Source of the DNA: Lama glama
Taxonomy: Eukaryota
Direction of reading: 5' to 3'
Length of the DNA stretch: 64,000 nucleotides
Assembly (NCBI GenBank): GCA_028534125.1
Contig: CM052818.1
Coordinates: 7,256,001 to 7,320,000, forward strand
The translations under genes were made by a program, and so were the position numbers. This document shows positions 38,720 through 50,589 of this stretch, in pieces. The notes below the pieces were generated by a model that had not been told where the DNA came from, made no database searches, and worked only from the letters and a program-made list of their open reading frames with translations. How positions within the stretch are numbered: the stretch's first letter is position 1; every line of letters starts with the position of its first letter.

Positions 38720-39560
38720 TTAGAGGTCTCAACTGTCTGACCACTTCTCATCATCTCTATTCCTGCCATCTTGATTCAAACCACTACTATCATCTAATTA
38801 TTTTTTTAATTTTTGCAGTATTATTTATTTATTTTTATTTTTGAAATATTCTTGATGTACAATATTATTAGTTTCAGGTGTATTACACACTGACTTGACA
38901 ATTGTATACATTATGAAATAATCATTTGGCTGTATCACTGTCACCAACTCCTAACAATATCTTGTTGCTTCCACTCTTATGCTCCTATAGTCTACTTTCT
39001 GTACAGCAATCTGACAGATCCCTTTAAAAGATAGATGATGTCATATCTCTACTCAAAATCCCTGCAACAGCTTCCCTTCTCACACAGTAAAGTCAAAGTC
39101 ATTAGAATTTCTACAAAGCCCTACAATACTGCCCTCTCACCCTCTAACTCTCTGATCACAGATACTACTCTTCCACTTGCAATTCTTTGAATATTCCAGG
39201 CACACTTCTGCTTCTACCACTCTTCCCCTTATTTTCTTCACCTCCTTCAGGTCTTAAGCCTTCTCTGACACCACACTATAGAAAACAGAAAGCTCCAATA
39301 ACCTCCCACTCCTGGCTAGAAGTCAAAAAGTCTGTACTCTCCTAGCCCCAAATCCTATTTTTCTCCATGATACTGAATATCACCTGCCATCTCTATATTT
39401 TCTGTGTCTATTCCCACACACATACACAAATATGAATGCGCACACACACATATACAAATGCAAAGAAACTGAAGCTCTTTGAGGGCTAGTTAAAAAAATT
39501 TGTTCATTTCAATGTCCCAAGCACCTAGAACAGAACCAGACATACAATGAGTGCTGTACA
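38720..39560 (+). mobile_element. L2 3' remnant with a small L1 insert near 38820-38925
   Basis: gatgatgtcatatctctactcaaaatccct...gtcccaagcacctagaacag...gagtgct. Confidence 0.55.
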
Positions 39561-40574
39561 AATGAAAGGAAGAGAATATCACGAGGTAGATATTTAGTTA
39601 AAATGTTCATGGCATAATGTAAACATTTACATAAATAGACTATGCAGTGAATTTATTGTAATTTACTACTTAATTTTCCTCTGGGAACTACTCACCAAAA
39701 TAGTGCTTGTAAATTAAGCTTTGAACATACAGACAACCTTTAATTAATCAACAATTTATCTCTGTAAGGTTTACTTAGGTTAGTTGTTTGGAATAGGGAT
39801 GGTGGTGACTGAGGAACGATAGGATGGAGTCTTAAATCTCCTATTTTCCTTCTTTTTTCAGCTCCCCTAAACTCCTGACTTTCCTGCTTCCTCCTCATGT
39901 ATAGTTTCTGATCTTTTCCCTTTGCCAGGAAATAAGTAAAATCCAGACCTATGAGCCCTACCCTAGGATAAGGCCAGAAACAGAAACTAGGAGTGTGGTG
40001 CAGGACTGTCAGAGATGGTTGGCCGTAATTAGAGGAGAGCCCAGGCAAGGGAAGTTACTGCGGAGGAAACTCTGGAGGGCAGCAATTCTTAATTCAAGTA
40101 TTTTCAAATAAGAGTTCCTTGTATTTTAAAACAAAATCAACAGAGAATAACACTATCTCCTTATTGTCCTCTTTTTAAACATACACTGCTGAAAAAGTGA
40201 TACTTGGTTTTTAAATAAAAAAACTGAACTTTGTATTTTATTATGCATATAATTTAAGGAAAAAATTTAATGAATGATCAACTACATATCACCTGGCTGT
40301 GTTAAACCTTAACTTTATTTATTTACTAAATCTGCTTCAGATTTATTTTAAAGACAGTAAAGTCTTTAAAAAAAACCATGGGCAATTCTTAGATCCTTTA
40401 TTCCTCTCAGGCTCTCCAGAGGTAACTTTTACTCTGATTTGAAGTTTATTATTCCAATGATGTTGTCATACTTTTGCTACATATTACATAATTGCCATAA
40501 AAGATAGTGTATAGTCTGGCATGTTTTAAAGACTATATAAAAATATATAAACATGATAAATAAAATTATTATAG

Positions 40575-40760
40575 CCTGGCTTTGTCACCAGCTGTCTGAC
40601 CTCAGGCAAGTTACATTAACATCTCTGTGCCTCAGTTTCCTTTTTGACAAATGGGAATGACACCATCTCCAAGTTTAGAGGATGGTTGTGAGGATTAAAT
40701 AATGAATCAATATACTGCATAAAAATCACTCAGGAAAGTATCTCGCTCATAGTAAGTAGT
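40575..40760 (+). mobile_element. MIR
   Basis: tgacctcaggcaagttacattaacatctctgtgcctcagtttcct...gttgtgaggattaaat (MIR core). Confidence 0.8.
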
Positions 40761-42902
40761 ATGTATCAGTGTCAGCAATTATCATACAAAGTTGCAAAGG
40801 ACCCTGTGACTGTGTTATGTGTATGTATACATGTGTATATATTGATTGAGAAAAGATTAGTTATCAAAAGGATATTTATATATAATCCATATAATGCCAG
40901 ATATTTTCAAAATTGTGTAAGAACTAGAAATATTTATAAATTTCAGGCTGGAAAGGTTCACTAGCCTAAAAAGAGGAATTGAAAGTGCTAAGCGTAGAGA
41001 GAAAAAGACATTTTTTAACTTAAAAATTGTAGACAACATTAGAATACAAACATTTGATTTAAATAATTTATGACTGTTTAAAAATACCTAAATACTTAAT
41101 GTCCTCCTTTTATGAGGTTTTGGGGGTAGGCGTGGGAGAGAAGGGGTAATGAGATGCTATGCAAAGACTTCTTAGACTGTTAGGAGAGGAACTTTAGATT
41201 TCACACAAAATAAAACATTATTTGATAAATTTCACTACTTTTCTGAACAAGTTTTTTAACTAACTGTAAGCTGAAAAAAATAAAATTTAAAATGATGTTT
41301 TAAGATGGGATTCACTGAGATTACAAGATTTTCATAGACAACTGGATTCTGCCCAATTTATCAAGGCAACTGAGGACACATTTTCTGTTTTGATATAGAA
41401 TTTTTTTTTTATAATCTCTAGGTCAAAAGATCAGAAAACATCAAAACTTAAATGTCCTACATATTATGTGAATTCGAGTGAGTTTCTTTCAAGAGCTTTA
41501 AAAATATTTATCTATGCTTTTTACCAATTTTTTTATAGATATCTATAAAATGTACTTCTGCTTCGAAGATCAATATATCTAATGATACATCTAATGAGCA
41601 TTTAATAGGTGCCATTTACTGGGCTAGATGTTTTACCAGAATCTTCTTTTTAAGCCAGTTTTAATTTATGAACAAAATTTGATACATCTACTTCTGCAAA
41701 GAGTTAAAAATGACTACTACAAAAGCTAACATTTAAGTCGGCAAAGTATGTAAAATGTAGATAAACTGTGTAGATTATATCAACACAATAGCGCTGAAAC
41801 AGTTGTTTCCCTTAGAGTTTAGCGTATATTTATGTCTAAAAGGTTAACCGAAAGCAACAATTAAATGTAACATCAAGGATTAAACTGTCTACCCCTTTTA
41901 TCCTACAAAAAAAACGGGAACGTGGCTGGTGAAAGGGAAGATTAAAGTTCAGAGTAAAGTTTTACTTTTCTTCTCCTAAAGTGAGAACTTTGAAACGGAA
42001 CCACTGCTTTTGTTTCTTTGCCCACCTCTCCTGCCTCCAGTAAGATATTTACATATATGGGTTAGTCCTTCCTTCGGCCCCAATAGAAGATTCTTTGGGA
42101 AACCAAGCTGTAATTTGCATTAACCAACAAGAGAAAAACCTGGTCATTCTCAGTATTTTCCTAATGGTGGAAGGATCCTAGCACCGTTCACCCTATACTC
42201 TGTTCCCTGCCTAAGTAAGAGACGTAACACCTGCCAAACTGGGCACTTAAAGAATAATGGCCAACTTTTCTAACGCAGTCTGGGGAGGGGACGCGGATGA
42301 CTTTCTGAGGCGTACAAGAAGGGGACAGAAAAGGTCCTCTCAGGAAGGGATGCATGAGCTTCGGGGTCGTCTCCTCTGCCTGTTGGAGGATTCAAAACCA
42401 GTTTGTTTCAGAAACCCTAGGAAGCAGCACACCCTGGTCACAGCCGGCCTCGGGCCTGGGAGAAGCAGGCAGTGTTTACACCTGTCACGAGGAAGGCGGG
42501 GAGGAAGGAGGAAGCTGGAGCAAAGCCCCAAACTTCTCAGCAAGCTCCCGGGAGGGAGGGGCCGGCGCGGAGCTGTGGGCAGGTGGAAGCAGAGGGTCAG
42601 GGCGAGGCGGCGGAGTCCGTGGAGGTGGGACTCGCTCTCACTTCCCTGGCCGGTGCCCGGGACAGCGAGGAGGGGGCAGTGCGCTTTGGGCGCCGCCGGC
42701 GGCGTCCGCGCACCCGCCGCGGACGCGGACGGAGCCCGAGCCCGGAGCCCGCAGGCCCGCGGAGCCGGCACCGTCTCCGCAGCCCCCGGCTCCGCGGCAG
42801 GCAGGTGCCTCTGGCCCGGGCGAGGGTCTGGCCGGCGGGCCGGGCCGGGTCCCCCATTCTATTTGCCCCGCACGGCTTGGGGAGCGGAGCGGTGGTGCTT
42901 AC

Positions 42903-43200
42903 CTGGTTCGTCCGGGGCGGCCGCGATGGGCATGGCTCAGGGGCCCGGGGAGGAACTGGCTCCCCGGGGAAGGACCGGCTAGTCCGACACGGAGCTGGTG
43001 AAAGCGGAAGGCAGGCTGCTCACAGCCCTGTCAGCGAGGCAGCGCCATGGACGCCCACCCGGAGTTTCAGCGCTGCCGCGAGACCCCCATCCCATTACCC
43101 TCCGCCCTCTTCCGCCGCCGCCGCCGCCGCCGCCGCCGCCTCCACCTCCTCCTCCGCGGAGACCCCCCGCCCACTCCACACACTCTCCCATCATGCAGCG
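42903..43200 (-). other. AFTPH: Probable non-coding exon 1 (5'UTR) of AFTPH; 5' end approximate
   Basis: Strong donor CCAG|GTAAGC at 42903/42902 inside the window's only large CpG island, upstream of exon 2 and correctly oriented. The TSS cannot be fixed from sequence. Confidence 0.8.
43112..43140 (-). repeat. (GGC)9 trinucleotide repeat in the AFTPH 5' leader
   Basis: 29 nt of uninterrupted CCG on the plus strand, flanked by GGA-type triplets on the minus strand. Confidence 0.95.
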
Positions 43201-43202
43201 GG
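43185..43202 (+). promoter_or_regulatory. ZNF143/Staf-like site CTCCCATCATGCAGCGGG
   Basis: Resembles the SBS core (T/C)TCCCA-N-(A/C)ATGC. Confidence 0.5.
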
Positions 43203-43220
43203 AGAACCGCTGCCTCCAAC

Positions 43221-43233
43221 ACGTCACTTCCGG
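43221..43233 (-). promoter_or_regulatory. Overlapping ETS(GABPA)-CRE motif CCGGAAGTGACGT
   Basis: Plus strand reads acgtcacttccgg, matching the known composite ETS-CRE motif of CpG-island promoters. Confidence 0.7.
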
Positions 43234-43328
43234 GCGCAGGTGGCTAGGTCGGGGCCGGGCGCTGGTGAGCGCTGGTGGGGGTGGGAGAGGACGCTCGAGG
43301 GGAATCAGTGTCACAGAACGCTTATCCT

Positions 43329-43368
43329 TGCGCAGGCGCCGTTGCGCAAAGCTCCGGTCGCCATTTTG
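43329..43368. promoter_or_regulatory. Cluster of NRF1-like (TGCGCAGGCGC), C/EBP palindrome (TTGCGCAA) and YY1 (CGCCATTTTG) motifs
   Basis: Motifs read directly at 43329-43339, 43342-43349 and 43359-43368. Confidence 0.55.
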
Positions 43369-44638
43369 GGTGCGGGCAACCTGCCCTTTTCCTTGACTTC
43401 CCAGCGAGTTTTGTGGGGAATACGTCCTCCCGCCCTCCGCCGCCCCTGAGGCAGCGCTCCCAGCGAGGGACAGGTGCTCTTCAGCGGCTTTTACGTTCTG
43501 CTCAGGACCAAGTTAAGTCTCTTGCTCTGCAAATAAAATTGCAAAGGTTTTGAAATACGGAACCGTATCTTCTCCATCAGAAACCTACTGGAGAGCACTT
43601 ATCAGCTTGCCCTTTCGCTCCGAAAAACGTTTTCTTTCACAGTTTAAATCCCTTCTTCTTTTTAATTTAAGATGACAGAGAGTCAGCCGATATATAACAA
43701 AGAAGAGATAAATCAAACTTAAGATGAGAACGCAAGGAGGGAAAGCAGCCGCCGAACTGACAAATCGTCTTCGAGACGACCACCACCAGCAACAAAAATA
43801 TGGGGGGATTTTGCTAACGGATAGAGACGGTGTTCGTTTTTCAGAAATGCTGTGGGAAACGATTCGATGAAACTAAAGAAATCAAATCGACTTCCGCATT
43901 TCTCTAACAGAGGTCATAACATATTTTTTTTCTCATCAGTCTAGGTCGTTTATATTTTTATAACCTTTCCCCCTCCTTTATCATGACTATCTGTTAGAAC
44001 ACCGGCCACTATAAAAACCAGACTACAAAGCTGTAAGGATTATTGTTGTATGATGATCCCGGGATCCTGTCCTGCAATCATGAACCCTGTGGGTGCTCAT
44101 TCTGCTTACTTTTGCCAAAGCTGTGCTAGCAATTTGAATAATTTAAAATAGTTCCAGAACAGTAAAGCTCAGCAGCTATGCAAAGAAACAGGGGTGGAAA
44201 ACACCCTCTCAGCCACAGAGAAGTGTCCACCCCTTTGAGTGGAGGAATTATACAAATCAGGGGAAAGATAAGGACAAAAGCAGTTCATCACGGTTTATCC
44301 CGCCTCTGCAATGTTCTAGACAAATTAATTTGGAGAGCTAAAACAGACCCGCATTTGTCTCATTACAACTTAATCGCTGTAAGATATACGGAGACTGCAT
44401 CACTTTCAATTGGAGTACCAATTGCTTTGTGGTGGTGCTGGATTTTTTATTATTGCTCAGTCACTAAAGCAAGAAAAAATCTATATGGCTTGTCAAATTT
44501 ATTCCTATTGTATTTCGCCCCCTGCTGGTTTGGCTGGCGTGCAGGCTTAAAAATACATAAGTCACTCTAAACGTTTATTGACCAGGAAGGAAAGGAAAAA
44601 AAAATGTGTGTGTGTAGAAAATGGAAATGAATTTATTT

Positions 44639-44795
44639 ATTCATTAATTAATTTTTTAAAGAATTTTTTGTTGTTTTTGGAGGGAGGTAATTAGGTTTAT
44701 TTATTTATTTTAATGGGGGTACTGGGGATTGAACACAGCACCTCATACATGCTAAGCACGTGCTCTACCACTGAACTATAACCTACCCCCCGCCC
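44639..44795 (-). mobile_element. tRNA-Ala-derived SINE (Vic-1-like, long-tail form)
   Basis: Antisense tRNA-like head plus aaataaacctaattacctccc tail; 15-bp TSD gaaat(g/t)aatttattt at 44624-44638 and 44796-44810. Confidence 0.85.
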
Positions 44796-47616
44796 GAAAT
44801 TAATTTATTTTAGGTGGACACATAGTTGTTTTAATTTGATAAGTCAACTAAACAGAAATATCAGATAAAAAATCTATGACAAAATCCTAAAGCAGACCTA
44901 CACTGAGAAAATGTTTAAACTGAAATAACAGATTTAAACATCACAATATTCAAAAGAAAACCATGCTTTCAAAAAAAAACTTCCTGATTTCATAAATAAC
45001 ATGATTACAAAATGATAATTTTTGTCAGGTGACTGCAGAAGCCAATTCTATTCACTTAAGGACAACAATTAAAAAATCAGTCTTCACCTTTGTATATAGA
45101 AATTGAGTAGGTATTTGGCCAGCTGACTAATGAGCAACGAACTTGTAATTGGTAATCTTACACATAATTCTGAAGACAGCATTCCAATGGTTATGAAATT
45201 GTATTACAAAGGGAAAATATCTCTGAATGTTTTTAAGATGATGAATCTGTGGGAAATATACTTACTAAAATTCTTTGCACTTGGATCCAATGATGGTATT
45301 GTTTTTAATTACTTTAAAAAAAAACAAAACTACATTACATAAGATTTTACATCAAGGAAATAAAAATTAAATGACCAGTTACTTGTTGTATTTACTTCTA
45401 GTTTTTTCTCCTGTGCAGATTTTTTACAAAATTATAATGTAAGCTGATTTTGTATCCCTTTTTTCACTTAATATTATGTTGTAAGCATTTCCTTCTATTG
45501 CTTAACATTTTTTTATAAAACCTTAATTTTTAATTGCCTCTGTAGTTCAATGGAGGTGGACATCCTATGATTTATCCATTATCCTACTAGTGGGTATTTC
45601 CCATTATTACAAATGATACTGTATTGAACATTTTGTGCTTGTGACTTTGCCCACTTTTAGGAATTTTTTTCTCAGTGTATAAATGACTGAACTATGAAAT
45701 TTTATTGGCACTTCATCATCTCATATTATTTTTCCAAGAGTCTATATAAACCAGTTATGCTTCCAGGAATATAGGAGCATACCAATTTTACGACCTCTTC
45801 ACCAGCAGTGGATAATAATTAAAAGAAAAAAAAGATTGAATTGTGCTTTCTAGACTAAAAGTTGAAAGGAACTTAACTGATACATGGTTTAAGAAATCAA
45901 CAAACAAGCAAGCAGAAAACCCCACCCAGGTGGTATTTTGGAAAAGGTCTGTGAATAGGCTTTATTATCACTATGATTTGAGTAAATTTCTTAATCTCTC
46001 TAGAGCTCAGTCTTCTTTTCATTCAGTTAAATGAGAGTAAAACTAGACCACAGATTCTCAACTCTCTTAGGACAAATAACTACTTAGCATATTTGTCTCT
46101 TTGAGAACACAATCAAAGCTTTGGTCCTTTCTGCAGAAAATGCTCATCCCATGGTTGCTCAAATTTCTTAGACTTCCTAACTCATTCATGGAAGAGTTTC
46201 TATGTTGCAGCTTAAGAAACCCTGCACCAGATGATCTCCAAGGTCCTTCCCACATCTAAACATTTCCTATGATTTTATTTTATAACCTAGTAAACACTTT
46301 CTGTCTAAATAATACTTTTTAGTGGATAAATTGTGATATATTCATAGATAGGATACAATTCAGCACTTAAATAAACTAAAACTATTAACTATCAATATGG
46401 TTAGATTATAAAAACAAAAGTGAATGAAGTTTCAAAATGAGTATAACATAATACTATTTTACAATATGAGTTTTAAAAATAAACCAATATTTTACTATTT
46501 ATGGATGTACATTTTAATAACAAAGTATAAAAATATGGATTGGAATGATACACAAATCGTTTATTACAAGCTAGTATGGAATGGGTCAGAAAACACTACA
46601 GAGGATTTTATATGTAATTGCAATGTTTTATATCTTTTAAAAAATCTGAAACAAATGTGAAAAACCATTACGTCTTTTCTTTGTTTTCTATATAGAGATA
46701 TAATTGACAAATAAAAATTGTATATATTTAAGGCGTAAAACTTGATGTTTTGATCAAATCATTTACACTGAATTCCAGGTAGAGGGTACAAGGGTGTTTG
46801 TTATATAATTCTCTGACATGTTCTGCCTTCATTTTTTCATGGTTAAAAAGTAACTTTTCCAGACCAGTTAGTTTAAAACCATGAATTGTGAACAGCATTC
46901 TAGAGATGGTTCCTGTTGTATTATGCTAATGCTAATACCTTTAACTTGCACAGATTTTTCAAAGTGCTTTTAAGTATATTATTTCTTCTGATTCTCAGAT
47001 AGACCCCCATAGAGCCAATTCATGCCATTTTACAGAAGATGAGATCACAGATTTTGGGATTTGTACAAGATTAAAAAGGTGGAGATGGAATTAAGACTAG
47101 AAGTGTGATTTCCTGATTCACAATTCTTTCCTCCTGCACCATTTGGCCTTCTCACTTTATAGAAGAGTATTGCTGTAGTCCCTCAGTTTCCTCATAGTAA
47201 AAACAATTTGCCTCATTTCGTCATTTAATACACTGTCCCCATTTTCTTAATATTTCGATTAGTTTCTTTTTTTTAATGTTTCAATTATTTTCTAATAGAG
47301 TTTTTTTCCTTCTCAAAATGAATGTAGTTAATAAATGGAACACAACTTCACTATAATCTAAAGTATTATGTATATAGAATTTCAGCCATTGAAAAATCTG
47401 CTGAAAAAATTTCAGCAACTTGGGAAATCACCTAGTCTGAAAACAGTCTCCTCCCCATCTCCCCCTCTAATTTTACAGGTAAGATTAATAATGTCCTGAG
47501 AAGTTAAATGACAATTTAACATTTAAATTAAGGACCCCAAAGACATTTCCTAGATGTGGGGGAAGTAGGGCTAATGCCTAAACTTGACTCCTCTTTACTT
47601 GGCATTTTAGTCAACA

Positions 47617-48106
47617 TGTTGACTGAAATAAAAATACATAGCCTACAAGTTGAGAGTTATGTTTTATTCGATGGACATTTTTGAGGACACAACCCCTTCG
47701 AGCCCAGGATGACAGCCTCCCAGATTGCTCTGAGGGACTGCTCCAAAGAGGTAGGGGAGGAGCCAGGGTATATAGGAGTTTTACAATAAAGACCAGGTAG
47801 TCGGAACATTAAAGATTACTGTTGAAGAAAATCAGATATCTCAAGTTAAAGAATTTAGCGCTTTTCTATGTATGGGAGGGAGCAAACATTTGAGCTCATT
47901 GAAGTCATCCTTTGACAAGCATCTAGCTATCTAGGGCCAGTGACCAGCCCTTTCTTGTTCTGAATCCCCTCAGGGTGGGTGCAAGGCTGGGCTGCAGGCT
48001 TGTCCACACACAGAGCTCACTGTGGGGAGTGCCGGCAGCTGCTGATGACTTGATGGCTTCAGCATTCTTTGTTTACTGGTATGGTTTGCAGTATTTTTCA
48101 TTTACA
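47617..48106 (-). mobile_element. ERV1-like solo LTR (about 490 bp)
   Basis: TG...CA ends, antisense AATAAA (tttatt near 47664) and a TATA-like tatata near 47769, imperfect TSD aaca/gaca. Confidence 0.7.
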
Positions 48107-48169
48107 GACATACTGAAACAACCATCACAGAAGTGACTGGCTAATCAAATGCGCTACTTAAAAATAACT

Positions 48170-48310
48170 AGATCTACATTATCCAATCTGGTAGCCACTG
48201 GCCACATGTAGCTGATGAGCACTTGGAATGTGTGTAGTCTGTATTGAGATGTGCTATAGTATGAAATACACACAGAATTTTGAAGACCTAGTACAAAAAA
48301 TAACATAAAT
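48170..48310. mobile_element. MER3/MER33-like fragment
   Basis: ggtagccactggccacatgtagctgatgagcacttggaatgtg...attgagatgtgct. Confidence 0.65.
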
Positions 48311-48999
48311 CATTTTCCAGACCACCCTGACACTGTCAGTTGCTACTGTACTGCTTTGGCTAATTCTGTCCACTGGGGCCACTAACCCTGGAGCCCTCAA
48401 GTGTCTGTTACTGTACCTAAAAACTTAAAAGTACTCCAGGAGCCAATTTTCTGCACCAGCTTGCCAGAGGATTCCTTACTGCCATTTTGGGCTTCTTACT
48501 GGTATGTTAGAGCTGACAGAGACAATAATTCTGGTGCTCTGGTTTCTGGGCCAATTTAAGTACACCAGACTTGAAATTCTTACCACTCTGTAGATTCCAT
48601 GAAGTGAATCTTTCTGTACTGTTTTCCTTGTTAGAAAATCAGGCCAGACTTCTCGCAGAACAGGGCAACAGAGACTTACTCAGGGACTATGCTGGGACCT
48701 TCCTCTTCTCTGACCCAGAGAGGAGGACTTGTCTTCAGACCCCAGCTGGGATCTTTGTCTCCCTTCATTAATACCATCAAGATGAATCTCTCTCCTTTTA
48801 TGTGAGCAAATCAGCTTGAAGCTTAGGGCTCCAAAGCAGACAACATCCCTATGGGCTGGTTATGACTTCTCTCCACACCTTTAGTCCTGCTGTGACCGTG
48901 TCTTAGACTATTTTGCCTCATCCAACCTGGTGTACATTACTTTTGCTCTCCCCTCCCCAAACTAAACGACAAAGACAAATGGCCACAATGAGCCTCTTG

Positions 49000-49630
49000 A
49001 TGTGATTCAGCATGAAGTGCACAGATCACAGATGAAGTACACATATCACAGGAGAACACAGTATTCTTGCCAAATATATTAACCCCAAACCTAAATAAGC
49101 CTTTAAATCTACCTTCCAGTTTAGAGGAAATACTGGAGGAACAAGTTGAACAGGACCACAAAGAAACAATCATATCAGTCTAGTGCCCAGATTATTCTAC
49201 AAAACAAATAACTCGGTCTCTTCAAAAGGGCTCTTTTAGATTAAGAGGGACTTAAGAGAAATAACAACAAAATGCCATGCGTGACTCTTGATAAGGATCC
49301 TTATTTGAACAAACAAGTTATAAAAGACATTTTGGGGATAACTGAGGAAATCTGAATATGGACTGGCATTAAATCCTCTTGAGGAATCATTATGAACTTT
49401 TTAAAAGCTATAATAATGAAATTATGGATATGTAGAAGAATGTCCTTACTTTTTGGAGGTGCCTAAAATGTCATGATGTACGTAATTTATTTTAAAATAA
49501 AAAAAACCCCATATACATAGAGATAAAGCAACTATGGCAAACGTTATCAATTATGGAATCAAGGTGATAGATAGCTTGGTGTTTATTGTACTGCTCTTTC
49601 TACTTCTATTTTATAATGTTTTTATATTTT
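49000..49630 (+). mobile_element. Old L1 (L1MC/ME-like) 3'UTR
   Basis: agattaagagggacttaagagaaataacaacaaaatgc...gacattttggggataactgaggaaatctgaatatggact. Confidence 0.7.
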
Positions 49631-50589
49631 AAAAATAGCTGAGTATACAGATGAAGTTTGGATTTCCTTTACACTTATTTCCAAATTACTGTACCCCTTA
49701 GGCAATCATTGTCTAATACACATTTCTGATTCTAGAGCAGATTTTGTAAATAGTGAGCTTGTAAAGGGTTTTAAAAATGTAAAAAGGAGAAAAAAGCAAG
49801 GACTGCAGCTTCCAAATCAATTGTAATTAGTTTAAACCTTCTAATACGCACAAATACAGTAGAATTACAGCTCTGCTCAACAGGGAGCTGTTCTAATGCA
49901 GTGATGCAAAGACAAGAGGAGGAATTATGTTATCACGAGTAGTACACTATTTAAGTGGCAGGATCAACTGAAGCCCTCTCTGTGACTTCCCAATACTGTT
50001 CCCTCTGCGTGGAATGCCCTTCTTCCTGCTTCTTACAGTGGACAATTGTCTTCTTTTTTAGGGCTCAGCATCTGAACCCCTTTTCATACATTTAGGAAAA
50101 TCTCTAACTTACGAGACTAGGTGGGAGGCAAAGACTTCTGCCAAGTGTAAGAGAGAAGAGTGCCAGTGTGGGGCCTTAAAGACAGCTGCAGGGTTTTGAG
50201 TTTTTTGTTTGGTTTGTTTGTTTGGTTTGGTTTGGTTTTGCAACTCTTTGATTTTGAGAAGGAGTTCATCTTCCTTTTTCTTGAGTGCTAGCCTGTGGCT
50301 TGATTTGACCTACAGAAGGGGTGGAGGTGGTGCTGTGTAACTTTTCAGGCTGAACATTAAGAGATCTGAAGTTTCTGACTTTCCTGCTTGGAATGCTCCC
50401 TCTTGGAAGAGAGAGACACCGTATGAAATGCAGCCCCATGCTGTGGCGAAGCCCAGGCTATGCGATGAGGCCCATGGAAGAGAACTGACCTGCTGCAGTT
50501 CCATCTCTCCTTCAGTCTTGTTTTTTCCTTAACCAAGTAATGCTCAGCCAATCTAATTGGCTAATTAAATAGAAAATAAGTTTATTAAA

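Larger units (their letters stand above)
42280..43500. promoter_or_regulatory. CpG island / AFTPH promoter
   Basis: Abrupt switch to very high GC and CpG density in an AT-rich, CpG-depleted background. Confidence 0.92.

Noticed and set aside
42257..43553. Long overlapping ORFs (241, 215, 325, 143, 132 aa) in the CpG island
   Set aside because: Low-complexity Gly/Ala/Arg/Pro frames on both strands are expected from stop-codon scarcity in very GC-rich DNA, and I recognise no domain. Only the ATG-initiated sense uORFs were kept.
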